This document shows, in pieces, positions 1 through 9,949 of a stretch of DNA of 64,000 bases. Below the pieces are notes generated by a model that saw only the letters and a list, made by a program, of their open reading frames with translations, made no database searches and had not been told where the DNA came from. Positions within the stretch are counted from its first letter, which is position 1, and each line of letters begins with the position of its first letter. The DNA is from Cyanobacteriota bacterium (lineage in GTDB: Bacteria; Cyanobacteriota; Cyanobacteriia; Cyanobacteriales; Nostocaceae). The stretch lies in NCBI GenBank assembly GCA_046045965.1, contig JBJOKS010000021.1:32001-96000 (forward strand), in the 5' to 3' direction. The translations under genes and the position numbers were made by a program.

Positions 1-649
1 ACTTTTCAGGAACAACACTGCTACTAAATCCTACAGGGGATATATAAAGTCCAAATTGGACAATAAACGGTACAATATAACGGAAATCTCTATATTGGAC
101 ATTTAAAGAAGCAAACCATAATCCTGCTCCCATGGAAGCAGCAAAGGCAACACCTATAAACAGGGGTAGTGTCAAAATCCGCCAACCTGGTACAAAGTTG
201 TACCATGCCATTAGTGCCAATAAAATTATCCCCGAAATCATAAAGTCTACAAAGCTCACTACTACTGCGCTTGTAGGTACGACTAATCTGGGAAAATAGA
301 CTTTGGAAATGAGGTTAGAATTGGTAATTAAACTGGTACTACATTCTGAAAGAGAATTGGCGAAAAACTGCCAAGGTAACATTGCTGAAAATACAAGGAT
401 AGGATAAGGCACACCTGGAGATGGCAATTTTGCCAGCTGCCCAAACACGACTGTAAACACAACCATTGTCAGAAAAGGACGAATTAAAGCCCAAGCAATA
501 CCAATGGCTGTTTGCTTGTACCTGACTAAAATATCTCGCCATGCCAGGAAATAAAATAACTCCCGATAGCGCCACAGGTCTTTCCAGTATTGGCTTTCCG
601 TTCTTCCGGCTTCGATTATTAGTTCAGGCTGGGAAATGGTGTCTTTCAT
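1..649 (-). CDS. ABC-2 polysaccharide export permease (Wzm/RfbA-like), truncated by window start
   Basis: Not in the ORF track. Manual translation from ATG at 649 gives MKDTISQPELIIEAGRTESQYWKDLWRYRELFYFLAWRDILVRYKQTAIGIAWALIRP...NSNLISKVYFPR, the typical Wzm N-terminus. Confidence 0.85.
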   Translation of the reverse strand, partial: MKDTISQPELIIEAGRTESQYWKDLWRYRELFYFLAWRDILVRYKQTAIGIAWALIRPFLTMVVFTVVFGQLAKLPSPGVPYPILVFSAMLPWQFFANSLSECSTSLITNSNLISKVYFPRLVVPTSAVVVSFVDFMISGIILLALMAWYNFVPGWRILTLPLFIGVAFAASMGAGLWFASLNVQYRDFRYIVPFIVQFGLYISPVGFSSSVVPEK

Positions 650-704
650 AACTGAAAATTTACTTATGCGGATATTTATCCACGGTGGGAAATACTCATA
701 ATTC

Positions 705-1130
705 TTAGCTGATTATGGAAAAATCTTTGATACCGTTACCTCCCACAACACGGGATTGTCTGAAGGTAAACTCTCCTACAGATGGATTTCTATGGGGATT
801 AATCACTCCTGTAGCTTGTTGCCAAAGTTCTGCTGGTGCTAGTGACAACTCATACATTGATTGACGTTTACGTACGTGATACCATTTGGTTTCTTGGCAA
901 TCTTCACACCAAAAAGCTTCTAACCACTCGCCCTCTAAAGGAACTGCGGTTTTGGCTGCAACTAATATGAGTGCTTCTCTTCGTCTGATGCCTCTCTCTT
1001 GTAGTTGTCCGGGTCTTTCAGCAAATAAGCTATATTTTTGACTCATGCTATCTATGTAGCAGTTATGTACTGGACAATAGATAGATCGACGCTTGGAACG
1101 ATTCCGATTTCGGTCACACCTTCTCTGCAC
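705..1130 (-). CDS. Hypothetical protein with Cys/His pairs (CPVH, CEDC), inside the polysaccharide gene cluster
   Basis: 141-aa ORF co-oriented between the GT4 gene and the wzm-like gene. Confidence 0.65.
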   Translation of the reverse strand: MQRRCDRNRNRSKRRSIYCPVHNCYIDSMSQKYSLFAERPGQLQERGIRRREALILVAAKTAVPLEGEWLEAFWCEDCQETKWYHVRKRQSMYELSLAPAELWQQATGVINPHRNPSVGEFTFRQSRVVGGNGIKDFSIIS

Positions 1131-1321
1131 TTCGGCCTCCCAAATCAGTTTGATACAACAAGATCAAAAGAAGGTTGCGTTGGAGGGACTGAGATCAAAA
1201 AGACCATCAAAGCCCTGCTCCTAATTAAAAAGTTGATTTATTAAATTTAAAAAACTAAGTTTTGTAAATCAGTTTGGAATTATATCACATTTGCACTTCT
1301 TTGACTGGTTTAGTCTACAGA

Positions 1322-2755
1322 CTACAAATGAGACTCTTGTAACACACGGAAATATTCTTTAGCTATGATTTGCGGCGTAAAATTTGACTGCAAATACTCT
1401 CGAGAGGCTTTACCCATAATTTCTGCTAATTTGCGATCGCTATTCAGCAGACGAATAAATTCAGCTAGAGCCATACTATCACCGTTCTCAACACTCACCC
1501 CACATTTGCCATCAGCTATCAGCTGTCGCAAATAAGAGTAGTTTGAACAAATCACTGCTATCGGCCTACCAGAAGCTAAAGCTGGGTACAGTTTACTGGG
1601 AGCAACAAGACTTTCCATACCAGCTTCTACACTCACTAGAGATAAATCACAAGCTGTCAGAGAGTAAGGTAGGACTTGCTTGTCTTGATAGGGTAAAAAC
1701 AAAAAATTGGTTAGTCCTAATTTATTTACCTCCTCAATAAAATCTTTTCGTTTGGCTCCACTGCCAATACAAACGAACTGAATAGGTTCGTCTCGCAATT
1801 GTTTGGCAGTTTCGAGAATGGTGTCCATATCGTGACACCGACCCATATTACCAGAATAGAGAACAGTAAATTTGTTAACTAAATTATGTTGTTTGGCAAA
1901 CCAATTATTTTCTTTGGCAAGGGGTACAATTAAATCAGGATCTCCCCAACTATGAATCACAGAAACTTTATCCGCTACTTCGGGACAGATTGCTATTACT
2001 CTCTCCTTCATATCAGGACTTAGAACCACTATCCCCTTTGACTTACGCCAAATCATTCTGTTCAGATTTCGCCAAAACGCTGCCAGCCAATGATTTTTGG
2101 ATATTACTCCCAGGGCGATCGCAATATCTGGATAAAGATCATATATTAAACAAACGTAAGAAATCCTTAAACACAGGTGAGCCAGATATGCTGCTATGGG
2201 CAAAAAAGGCGGTGCAGAAGTGACCAAAAATACATTGTGCTTCCGAAAATTTCTGATCAAATGAAGAAAAGCACGCACTGTAAAGAGGACACCATTTGCT
2301 GCTTTGCCACGAATTCTTCCTGACCACACCTGGGTAGAACGCGATCTCTGAATGCGAATATCACCCAATTTCTCAACAGCCGGAGCATTAGCTGTGGAAA
2401 ACGCATACCCTGGCTGTCCTGTAAATACTTCAATATCTAACCCTTGCTGCTCTAATTGTTTTACTAGTTCTTCAATCAACTGTCCTGTAGCAGCATAGTC
2501 GGGCGGAAAAAATTCTGTAATTATCGATACTTTAATTTTTTTCCGTTCAGAGTTTTCCTTACCTTGAGAAGCATCAGTTAAGTCTGTGGAAGATAACCGG
2601 GGTGTAGCAAAACTTGTCTGTTTGTAAATTGGCTGATTCACAGTCTTTGGTTTCTTAGATATATTTAGCCTGTCTGTATCATTCTTCAAATCCTCTGTGG
2701 GGGATGGGGATGTGCTTGGATGAGAAATGGTTGACTTTTTCGGCCAGAATGCCAT
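1322..2755 (-). CDS. Glycosyltransferase family 4 (WcaI/WbuB-like)
   Basis: Motifs EFFPPDYAATGQL, YDLYPD, LYSGNMGRCHD and PSKLYPALASGRP. Confidence 0.85.
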   Translation of the reverse strand: MAFWPKKSTISHPSTSPSPTEDLKNDTDRLNISKKPKTVNQPIYKQTSFATPRLSSTDLTDASQGKENSERKKIKVSIITEFFPPDYAATGQLIEELVKQLEQQGLDIEVFTGQPGYAFSTANAPAVEKLGDIRIQRSRSTQVWSGRIRGKAANGVLFTVRAFLHLIRNFRKHNVFLVTSAPPFLPIAAYLAHLCLRISYVCLIYDLYPDIAIALGVISKNHWLAAFWRNLNRMIWRKSKGIVVLSPDMKERVIAICPEVADKVSVIHSWGDPDLIVPLAKENNWFAKQHNLVNKFTVLYSGNMGRCHDMDTILETAKQLRDEPIQFVCIGSGAKRKDFIEEVNKLGLTNFLFLPYQDKQVLPYSLTACDLSLVSVEAGMESLVAPSKLYPALASGRPIAVICSNYSYLRQLIADGKCGVSVENGDSMALAEFIRLLNSDRKLAEIMGKASREYLQSNFTPQIIAKEYFRVLQESHL

Positions 2756-3279
2756 GATCGTATTTTCCTGTAGAAAATTTTTAGGCTTACAGGTAGGAAT
2801 ATTGACTAAATTTAGTCGGTAAAGATTTTTTCAATTGCTAGATAGTGATAAGTAAATTTTCAACATTTGTTGTCAACCGGCTACATATTTATTGACAACA
2901 AAGTAAAACTTGTTCCGGAAAAAACTACTCAGCAGAATCACTGTTTTAACTTAAAGCTCCATTGGTAAACATGAGGAAGTAGAATAGAGGCGAATTAAGG
3001 GTTTGAATCGTTTATTTGAGTATACTAGAACAAAAACCATGATCAAAAAGCCTCTTGAAGAATAACAAAACCTGTCTACCATTTTTATCAAATTTTGATA
3101 AACTTGTTATATATATATATCAGAATGAAGTTATTTGGTAAAGTTCCCCAGTTTGATCCGTTACATAGAGTAATAACAAAACGAGGTTCTTCTTGATAAG
3201 AATAGCAAGTTATTAATACAAAGATTCGCCATATAATTTTAATTTATTAATATGACCATGTATCATAAAATAGCCTGTA

Positions 3280-4530
3280 CTAACACATAAGCAAGGTGCG
3301 CCGCAAATTATCCAAAGCTGTACACGCACTTAAATGACGAATAAAAGATCGATTCCGCATGGCTCCAAATCTACACTCATAACTTTTTACCTCATCTCCT
3401 GAACCAGCTAGACCAATATAGACCAAACCCACGGGTTTTGTATCAGTTCCCCCAGTAGGGCCAGCAATTCCCGTAATACTTAATCCCCAAGTAGTTCCCA
3501 GACGATTTCTCACACCAACAGCCATTTGTGCGGCTACAGTAGCACTTACCGCCCCAAAGTTGTCTAAATCTTCGGGTTTAACCCCCAATAATCGTATTTT
3601 CACCGAATTATCATAAGAAATTACCCCGCCCCAAAAGTAATCAGAACTACCGGGAATTTCTGTTAACATTTGTCCCAGTCCCCCACCTGTGCAAGATTCT
3701 GCTACTGATAGAGTTTCCCCTGATGACCGCAACAATTCACCAACAACAGAAGCCAAGGTATCATGATCTGCACCATAATAATCTAATCCAGCAATTTCTC
3801 TCAGTTGTTTTTCAATTGTTGCAATTAAATCATCTGCGGCTTTTGCATCAGAGGCTTTGGCGGAAATTCGCAGTCTAACTTCTCCATTACCCGCATAAGG
3901 TGCTACCGTTGGGTTGGGTAAATTCAGATAAGCAGATACTTTTTCTGCTAAAGCTGATTCACTAACACCCCAAAATTTTAAACTGCGACTGTAAATAATT
4001 TCCTTGCCCCAACCTTGACTTTTCAGAAAAGGTACTGCTGTTTCTGACCACATTCGGTGCATTTCACTAGGAACACCAGGAAAAGTAAAAATGGTTAATC
4101 CTGGACGGGGTTGCCAAATAATACCAGGTGCTGTTCCTGTCGGATTGGGTAAAATTTCTGATCCTTGGGGAATTAGGGCTTGTTTGCGGTTGCTAGGAGA
4201 CATCACCCGTCCCCGTTGGGCGAATTTATCAGTTATATCTTCAATAATCTCGGCACTTTCCACCAAGGGAACACCAAAAAAATCAGCGATGGTTTCACAA
4301 GTGAGGTCATCGGGTGTTGGTCCAAGACCTCCCGTGAAAATCAGAATTTCTGCCCTGGAAGCAGCAATTTCGATAACTTGCTTGAGTCTATCAGGATTAT
4401 CTCCCACCACGGTTTGATAGTAGTGAGGAATACCTAGCTGTGCTAATTGCTGGGCTAGAAATTGAGCATTGCTGTTGAGGATATCTCCTAGCAGCAATTC
4501 AGTACCAACACAAATAATTTCTGCACTCAT
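3280..4530 (-). CDS. cinA: Competence/damage-inducible protein A (MoCF-binding domain + NMN deamidase)
   Basis: VGTELLLGDILNSN, GGLGPTPDDLT and AESCTGG motifs. Confidence 0.93.
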   Translation of the reverse strand: MSAEIICVGTELLLGDILNSNAQFLAQQLAQLGIPHYYQTVVGDNPDRLKQVIEIAASRAEILIFTGGLGPTPDDLTCETIADFFGVPLVESAEIIEDITDKFAQRGRVMSPSNRKQALIPQGSEILPNPTGTAPGIIWQPRPGLTIFTFPGVPSEMHRMWSETAVPFLKSQGWGKEIIYSRSLKFWGVSESALAEKVSAYLNLPNPTVAPYAGNGEVRLRISAKASDAKAADDLIATIEKQLREIAGLDYYGADHDTLASVVGELLRSSGETLSVAESCTGGGLGQMLTEIPGSSDYFWGGVISYDNSVKIRLLGVKPEDLDNFGAVSATVAAQMAVGVRNRLGTTWGLSITGIAGPTGGTDTKPVGLVYIGLAGSGDEVKSYECRFGAMRNRSFIRHLSACTALDNLRRTLLMC

Positions 4531-4606
4531 GGGACTGGGGACTCTTTACTGGGGACTGGGAACTGGTAATGAATCATTTACTCTCACCGGTCCCCTATGA
4601 CTAAAA

Positions 4607-5656
4607 TCAAGATTGTCGAGAAAGTTTCCAGACTCGCCAAATAGCATAACTCAATACAGAGGTAGATGCACAGGCATAGGTAACACCGCTAGGAATACCG
4701 GCAATAGCTAATGCTAAACTACCAACCCAAAGAGTTAAGGAATAAATAAACAAAACTGTTAATCTGTGGGATAAACCCACTCTTAACAGTCGGTGGTGTA
4801 AATGGCTGTGTCCATCAGCAACCCAAGGTAGTTTACCTTTACGGAGTCGGGATAAAATCACGGCGGACATATCCACAATTGGTACTGCCAAAATCAAATA
4901 AGGTAAGATGACGGCGGTAAAAGCGGGAACTTTGACCAGACCAATTACACCTACAGATGCTAAGGTGAATCCCATAAAATAAGAACCACCATCACCCATA
5001 AAGATTTGGGCTGGGTTGAAGTTGTAGCGAAGAAATCCTAATGCTGCTCCAGCTAAGGCGGCTGCAATTAGGGCTGCTTCTGGTTGGTGCATAAATAAGG
5101 ATACGAACAGCATGACTACAGCAGCAATTCCTGTGACACCAGCTGCTAGTCCATCTAAACCATCAATCCAGTTAATAGCATTCACCATTCCCACTAGCCA
5201 AATTACTGTAATTGGTAAACTCAGCCAATAGAGATGAACTATGCCCAGGGTGGGGATGGTAATAAAATCTATGCTAACTCCTGCTTTCCATGCTCCAGCG
5301 GCCACAATGACTTGTATCAGTAGGCGTAACAAGGGAGATAGGTTTAATAAATCGTCTGCTAAACCGATGAGAAAAAAGCCTAGTCCACCTAATGTCACGC
5401 CCCAAATTTGCCATTCTTTTTCCGGTGGTAGATTGGCAAATCCTCCTAACCACCAGATAATTAATAGGGAGATAATAGTACCTGCGAAGATAGAAATTCC
5501 TCCCAGGCGTACCATCGGACGCTGATGAAGTTTTCTTCCATCTGGTTTATCTAACTTTCCGCTTTTGATGCCCATTTTTTTGACATCGGGTATAGTCCAG
5601 AGAACGACTACTGCGGCAACAAGAAAGGCAATCAGATGATAAATCTGAGGAGGCAT
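4607..5656 (-). CDS. MraY/WecA-family undecaprenyl-phosphate sugar-1-phosphate transferase
   Basis: Multi-TM protein with GLADD, NAINWIDGLDGLA, IFMGDGGS and HLHHRL. Confidence 0.88.
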   Translation of the reverse strand: MPPQIYHLIAFLVAAVVVLWTIPDVKKMGIKSGKLDKPDGRKLHQRPMVRLGGISIFAGTIISLLIIWWLGGFANLPPEKEWQIWGVTLGGLGFFLIGLADDLLNLSPLLRLLIQVIVAAGAWKAGVSIDFITIPTLGIVHLYWLSLPITVIWLVGMVNAINWIDGLDGLAAGVTGIAAVVMLFVSLFMHQPEAALIAAALAGAALGFLRYNFNPAQIFMGDGGSYFMGFTLASVGVIGLVKVPAFTAVILPYLILAVPIVDMSAVILSRLRKGKLPWVADGHSHLHHRLLRVGLSHRLTVLFIYSLTLWVGSLALAIAGIPSGVTYACASTSVLSYAIWRVWKLSRQS

Positions 5657-5812
5657 CGGTATTTTTTAATAATTAGTTGATATGAGCAAAATTGTGTGAG
5701 GGCAATTTCTACTTAGATTTACTACATCGGGGAGTATTTATCAGCACAATAATATTTGGATTTTAGATTTTAGATGAGAAATTACGATCTCAAATCTAAA
5801 ATCTAATATCGC

Positions 5813-7096
5813 TTAGGCTAGAACTGGTAAGGGGATTTCTAGGTGAGAATACAAGGGGAAGCGATCGCACAAGGCAGCAACTCGCCGACGGCAATCTTCT
5901 GTCACTGCGTTAGAATCTGGGGCAAGCAAGCGATCGCTAATAATATTCCCAATTTCTGTAAATTCTGCTACACCTAAGCCTCTTGTGGTCATAGCGGGTG
6001 AACCAAGTCTCAAACCGCTGGTAACAAATGGTGATGCTGGGTCAAAAGGCACTGTATTTTTATTAGCTGTGATATTTACACCACTCACTAGCTGATCTGC
6101 CTTTTTACCCGTCATGCCAATAGACTGTAAATCTACTAACATTAAATGATTATCTGTGCCATTAGATACTAATTTCAAGCCTCTGTTTTGTAGTTGGGTA
6201 GCTAAAGCACGAGCATTTTCAATCACTTGGCCTGAATAGGTTGTAAACTCTGGTTTGAGTGCTTCCCCAAATGCCACGGCTTTACCAGCTATTACGTGTT
6301 CTAATGGTCCGCCTTGAGTACCAGGGAAAACTGATTTATCCAGCTTTTTACCCAATTCTGCATCGCGGGTTAAAATCAATCCACCTCTGGGACCACGTAA
6401 GGTTTTATGAGTTGTTGTCGTCACAACATCACAGTAGGGAAGGGGGTTAGGATGATGACCTGTCGCTACTAACCCAGCGATGTGAGCAATATCTGCCAGC
6501 AGGTAAGCGCCAACTTCATCAGCAATACTGCGGAATTTTTCAAAGTCAATGATCCGAGGATAAGCTGAATAACCGCAAATTAAGAGCTTAGGACGTTCTT
6601 TGAGGGCTAAATCACGAATTTGGTCATAGTCTAGTTGTTCTGTTTCTTTGCTAACTCCATAGTGACGCACTTGGAACCATTTACCGGAAACATTCACGGG
6701 TGAACCGTGGGTTAAGTGTCCACCGTGGGACAAGTCCATCCCCATAATTGTGTCACCTGGTTCTAGCAGGGTCAGGAACACGGCAAAATTTGCCTGTGCG
6801 CCAGAATGGGGTTGAACGTTAGCATGAGCAGCACCAAATAGTTGTTTGGCTCTGTCAATGGCTATTTGTTCAATTTTGTCAACAAATTCACAACCGCCAT
6901 AGTAACGTTTACCTGGTAAGCCTTCTGCGTATTTATTGGTTAATACAGAACCTTGTGCCGCTAGTACAGCAGCGGAGGTAAAGTTTTCACTAGCAATCAA
7001 TTCTAGGTGATCACGTTGCCGTTGTAGTTCTTGGTTGATTAATTCGTTAACAGCAGGATCTGAGGATTTAAGTATGTCTGAGTTGGTCTTATTCAC
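5813..7096 (-). CDS. glyA: Serine hydroxymethyltransferase
   Basis: [22 protein letters not shown] and the PLP-lysine motif [14 protein letters not shown]. Confidence 0.98.
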   Translation of the reverse strand: MNKTNSDILKSSDPAVNELINQELQRQRDHLELIASENFTSAAVLAAQGSVLTNKYAEGLPGKRYYGGCEFVDKIEQIAIDRAKQLFGAAHANVQPHSGAQANFAVFLTLLEPGDTIMGMDLSHGGHLTHGSPVNVSGKWFQVRHYGVSKETEQLDYDQIRDLALKERPKLLICGYSAYPRIIDFEKFRSIADEVGAYLLADIAHIAGLVATGHHPNPLPYCDVVTTTTHKTLRGPRGGLILTRDAELGKKLDKSVFPGTQGGPLEHVIAGKAVAFGEALKPEFTTYSGQVIENARALATQLQNRGLKLVSNGTDNHLMLVDLQSIGMTGKKADQLVSGVNITANKNTVPFDPASPFVTSGLRLGSPAMTTRGLGVAEFTEIGNIISDRLLAPDSNAVTEDCRRRVAALCDRFPLYSHLEIPLPVLA

Positions 7097-7356
7097 GGGA
7101 ATTATCCTTTGATAAATTGGTAAAACGTGAGATTTTGTTGGCAGTACAGCACTGTGGTGACAGCGTTATAACTGTTCTTTTAATCTTTTTTGAGTCTTAA
7201 CTTCATTATTTAACAACAAGCTAATTAATAGTTTCATGTATTAGCAAGCTGGTTGTGAACTTCAGTTTCCATCCTCTGTCTGTCATTGACTAGCTCTAAA
7301 AATGCAAGTATTAATTTTGACTAACAAAAAGAAATATCTAAGATATATAACATACA

Positions 7357-7480
7357 TTGACACTCCCCGGTATAAAGACACGGGGATTCTCAAGAAGCCC
7401 AAAAACGGACTCTTAAAGGCGTAGTCAAAGCGCCCCTATAGACTCCATCGAGGTTTAATCCCAATGTTGCCTGTACTTTT
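7357..7480 (-). ncRNA. Predicted TnpB omegaRNA scaffold and IS200/IS605 right end; the guide would be the flank just below 7357
   Basis: Minus strand reads GAAT-CCCCG...CGGGG-AGTGTCAA, the GAAT-hairpin-TCAA right-end pattern, overlapping the tnpB 3' end. Confidence 0.75.
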
Positions 7481-8637
7481 CTTAAAATATTTGCTGCCGC
7501 ATTAGCATCAGCATTAACATAAAAATTGTTAGTAGTACGATACAATCCACGCTTTATTCGTTTCCCTGATTCTTTCCACGTCACGGGTTTTTCACTGTAT
7601 TTGGGGAGAAAATCATGATCTAAAAACGAAGCTTTGGATGTATAACTTTCCTCAGTTTCTACAAACTCAATCCCGTATTGTTCACATAGTTGAGAAATGC
7701 GATTTTTTACTTTAGCAGTAGGAATTTGCACAAATGTCTGATTAAATTTTGTTCCTAAATTAACTTCTTGTCTTTGTCCTTTATTCCACCCAAAGACTAA
7801 AATTCCAATTTCATGTTTTAAGCAATGGTCTATTACCAATCTTGCTGCTTTGTTGACAGCATCACGCATCCGACGATTTCGTTTTTCTGTAATAGCAGCT
7901 AATCTTTTAGACCAAAATCCTTGGGGTTTATTTTGTTTAATAATGGCAATCTGTTTATTATACGATTGATTGACAGATTTTAAATGTCTACCATCAATAA
8001 TAAATGAAGTTCCCAGGTTAGAAACACAAGTTAACCAATTACCAATTCCTGTATCTATTCCCAGACATCTATCTGGACTTACTTGCTGTTTCTGTGTCTC
8101 TGAAGTTTGATAAACAAGCTCAACATAGAAACAACGATTACGAGGTACTATTCTTAGCTCTTTGATGTCATCAAAGTTTAAGTTAGATGACATTGGTAGC
8201 AGAAAGTTCTTCAAATTAAACCATCTATTGATAGTTGTGCCTAATGGTATTTGAATCTGCCCTTCTACTAATTTCAGTGCTTGTTTGGGGTAAGATATTG
8301 CTGCTAATCCAGGTTTTCTGTATTTAGGCAGTCTTGGTTGATATTGTAGTTCTCCTTTTCTGTACTTGCTGTTTAAAGCCTTGAATGATTTGAAAGATTC
8401 AAATACCGACAAAAGAGTTTGTTGTGCAGCTTGAGAATGCAAGGCTTGGTAATGTTTATTGTTTTTATATTCATTAATCAAATCAAACTTCTCGATTATC
8501 TTCCCTGTTTTGAAGAAGATTTGCCTGGCATAGTAAATACCGCAATTAGTTAATTTGTGAGATTCAGAACAGATAAATTCTAATATGGCTTTGAGAGATT
8601 TATCGGGTTTAATGAGATTTTGCTGGCATTTGTACAA
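7390..8637 (-). CDS. tnpB: RNA-guided endonuclease TnpB (IS200/IS605 family), no tnpA adjacent
   Basis: RuvC motifs LGIDTG, EESYTSK and NADANAAANI. Probable TTG start at 8637 after a GGAGG RBS (the ORF track starts at 8646). Confidence 0.9.
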   Translation of the reverse strand: MYKCQQNLIKPDKSLKAILEFICSESHKLTNCGIYYARQIFFKTGKIIEKFDLINEYKNNKHYQALHSQAAQQTLLSVFESFKSFKALNSKYRKGELQYQPRLPKYRKPGLAAISYPKQALKLVEGQIQIPLGTTINRWFNLKNFLLPMSSNLNFDDIKELRIVPRNRCFYVELVYQTSETQKQQVSPDRCLGIDTGIGNWLTCVSNLGTSFIIDGRHLKSVNQSYNKQIAIIKQNKPQGFWSKRLAAITEKRNRRMRDAVNKAARLVIDHCLKHEIGILVFGWNKGQRQEVNLGTKFNQTFVQIPTAKVKNRISQLCEQYGIEFVETEESYTSKASFLDHDFLPKYSEKPVTWKESGKRIKRGLYRTTNNFYVNADANAAANILRKVQATLGLNLDGVYRGALTTPLRVRFWAS

Positions 8638-8757
8638 AAATATCACCTCCTGAAGAATAATGTTGTTATTTTAGACAAAGGTGGATTATATGTAAAGGAA
8701 GGAGATTGAACTAAGTGGAATGTCACTGAGGGAAGACAGCCCTTGATTGGCTTTCAT

Positions 8758-8933
8758 GAGGCAGTGCGTTGGTGAAACAGTCCGGTCTTGGGGTTTCCAC
8801 GCCACTTGCTACAACGGGGGGAACCCCCGCAACGCAGTGGCTCCCCAGGAGGAACTGCTGAAAGGGTTTCCCGGCTTGTTAGCGTTCGCGCAGCGTGCCG
8901 TAGGCATAGCTCTGAAAGAGGCAGCAACTGCCG
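8758..8933. repeat. Nested cluster of very small GC-rich dispersed repeats (SDR-like)
   Basis: Outer copy GCAGTGCGTTGG...GGGTTTCCCGGCTTGT...AGCAACTGCCG and inner reverse copy 8799-8843 both match the unit at 24844-24888; 8884-8907 matches 33207-33230 and 34444-34467. Confidence 0.75.
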
Positions 8934-9093
8934 TCCCCTGCTATCAAGGACGGCTAAGTTTTTCCGCCAAGATCCAAAACTTAACCTCAAGGGTTTTCAG
9001 CCTATTTTCTTATAAAACAAGGAGCAGTTAGCAAAAATTTGCTATTTTCTGCGTCTGTGCCTTGATGCCAAAAGGAGCGATGGAGGTATTTGG

Positions 9094-9291
9094 ATGCTAG
9101 TCATTTTAACGGATGATCAAATCTTTGCCCCTGAGCAAGTTTGTCAGTCTTGTTTGCTTGCTAACAATAGCGGACAACCCCGCTGGTATGGAGATAAACT
9201 GCGTTGTGGTCAAGCTATTCGCAAATGTACGGAACAACAGCCAGAGCAGTATGAGTGTATGATGGGCTTCCGGCTCGCTAATATAAAATAA
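9094..9291 (+). CDS. Small Cys-containing hypothetical protein
   Basis: 65 aa, GGAGG RBS upstream, CQSC...C...C...C pattern. Confidence 0.7.
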   Translation: MLVILTDDQIFAPEQVCQSCLLANNSGQPRWYGDKLRCGQAIRKCTEQQPEQYECMMGFRLANIK

Positions 9292-9372
9292 TCTAATTTT
9301 CCAGCAATATTAAGCAGCTGCGTTATCCTATGGTCAAATAGCTATTCAAATTTAGCCATAGGAGAATTTACC

Positions 9373-9852
9373 ATGAATTGGCGCGGCTCTACTACTGTTG
9401 GTGATCGAATTTTCGCTTGTTTACCTTATTTGCTGCCTCTAGTTGAGAGTTTAGAATTTGGCAGCTTTTTGGTGAGACAGTTTCCAGTCTTAGGAGTGCT
9501 GTTGTTACCCATACTACCAGTTAAATCAGTTTACGATGCTTTGGGTTCAATAGGTCAAATTATTGTGTTTTTTGCCTTGTTCATTTTGGTGGTGAGAAAT
9601 GAAAAAATCAGTCATTTTATTCGTTTCAACACAATGCAGGCCATTCTTTTAGATATTGTGATATTTTTGTGTTCCGTAGTTCTGCAAATTTTAACTCCTG
9701 TTCCTGGTGCTGGTTTTGCCCTAGAAACCATAGCCAATACCATATTTTTAGGTATTGTGGCATCTGTAATTTTTTCCGTATTTCAGTCTTTAAATGGCCG
9801 TTATGCGGAAATTCCAGCAATTTCTGATGCTGTTTATATGCAGGTGCGCTAG
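9373..9852 (+). CDS. Tic20/Ycf60-family membrane protein
   Basis: RIFACLPYLLPL, HFIRFNTMQAILLDI, GRYAEIPAISDAVYMQV. Confidence 0.88.
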   Translation: MNWRGSTTVGDRIFACLPYLLPLVESLEFGSFLVRQFPVLGVLLLPILPVKSVYDALGSIGQIIVFFALFILVVRNEKISHFIRFNTMQAILLDIVIFLCSVVLQILTPVPGAGFALETIANTIFLGIVASVIFSVFQSLNGRYAEIPAISDAVYMQVR

Positions 9853-9949
9853 GTTAAATACCAATTTGGGATTTTAGATTTTGGATTAACAGTTTTGATA
9901 ATCAGCTGTTCCCAAAATCTCAAACCATCCTAAGTATCCAAATTTGGTG

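Noticed and set aside
339..575. 78-aa minus-strand ORF
   Set aside because: Alternative frame inside the wzm-like gene that starts at 649
2866..2902. Inverted repeat TTTGTTGTCAA...TTGACAACAAA upstream of the GT4 gene
   Set aside because: Single occurrence; cannot be assigned as operator or terminator from sequence alone
8747..9031. Three overlapping ORFs (94, 78 and 75 aa) upstream of tnpB, possible tnpA
   Set aside because: No HUH/Y1 or serine-recombinase motifs; the open frames come from GC-rich nested repeats
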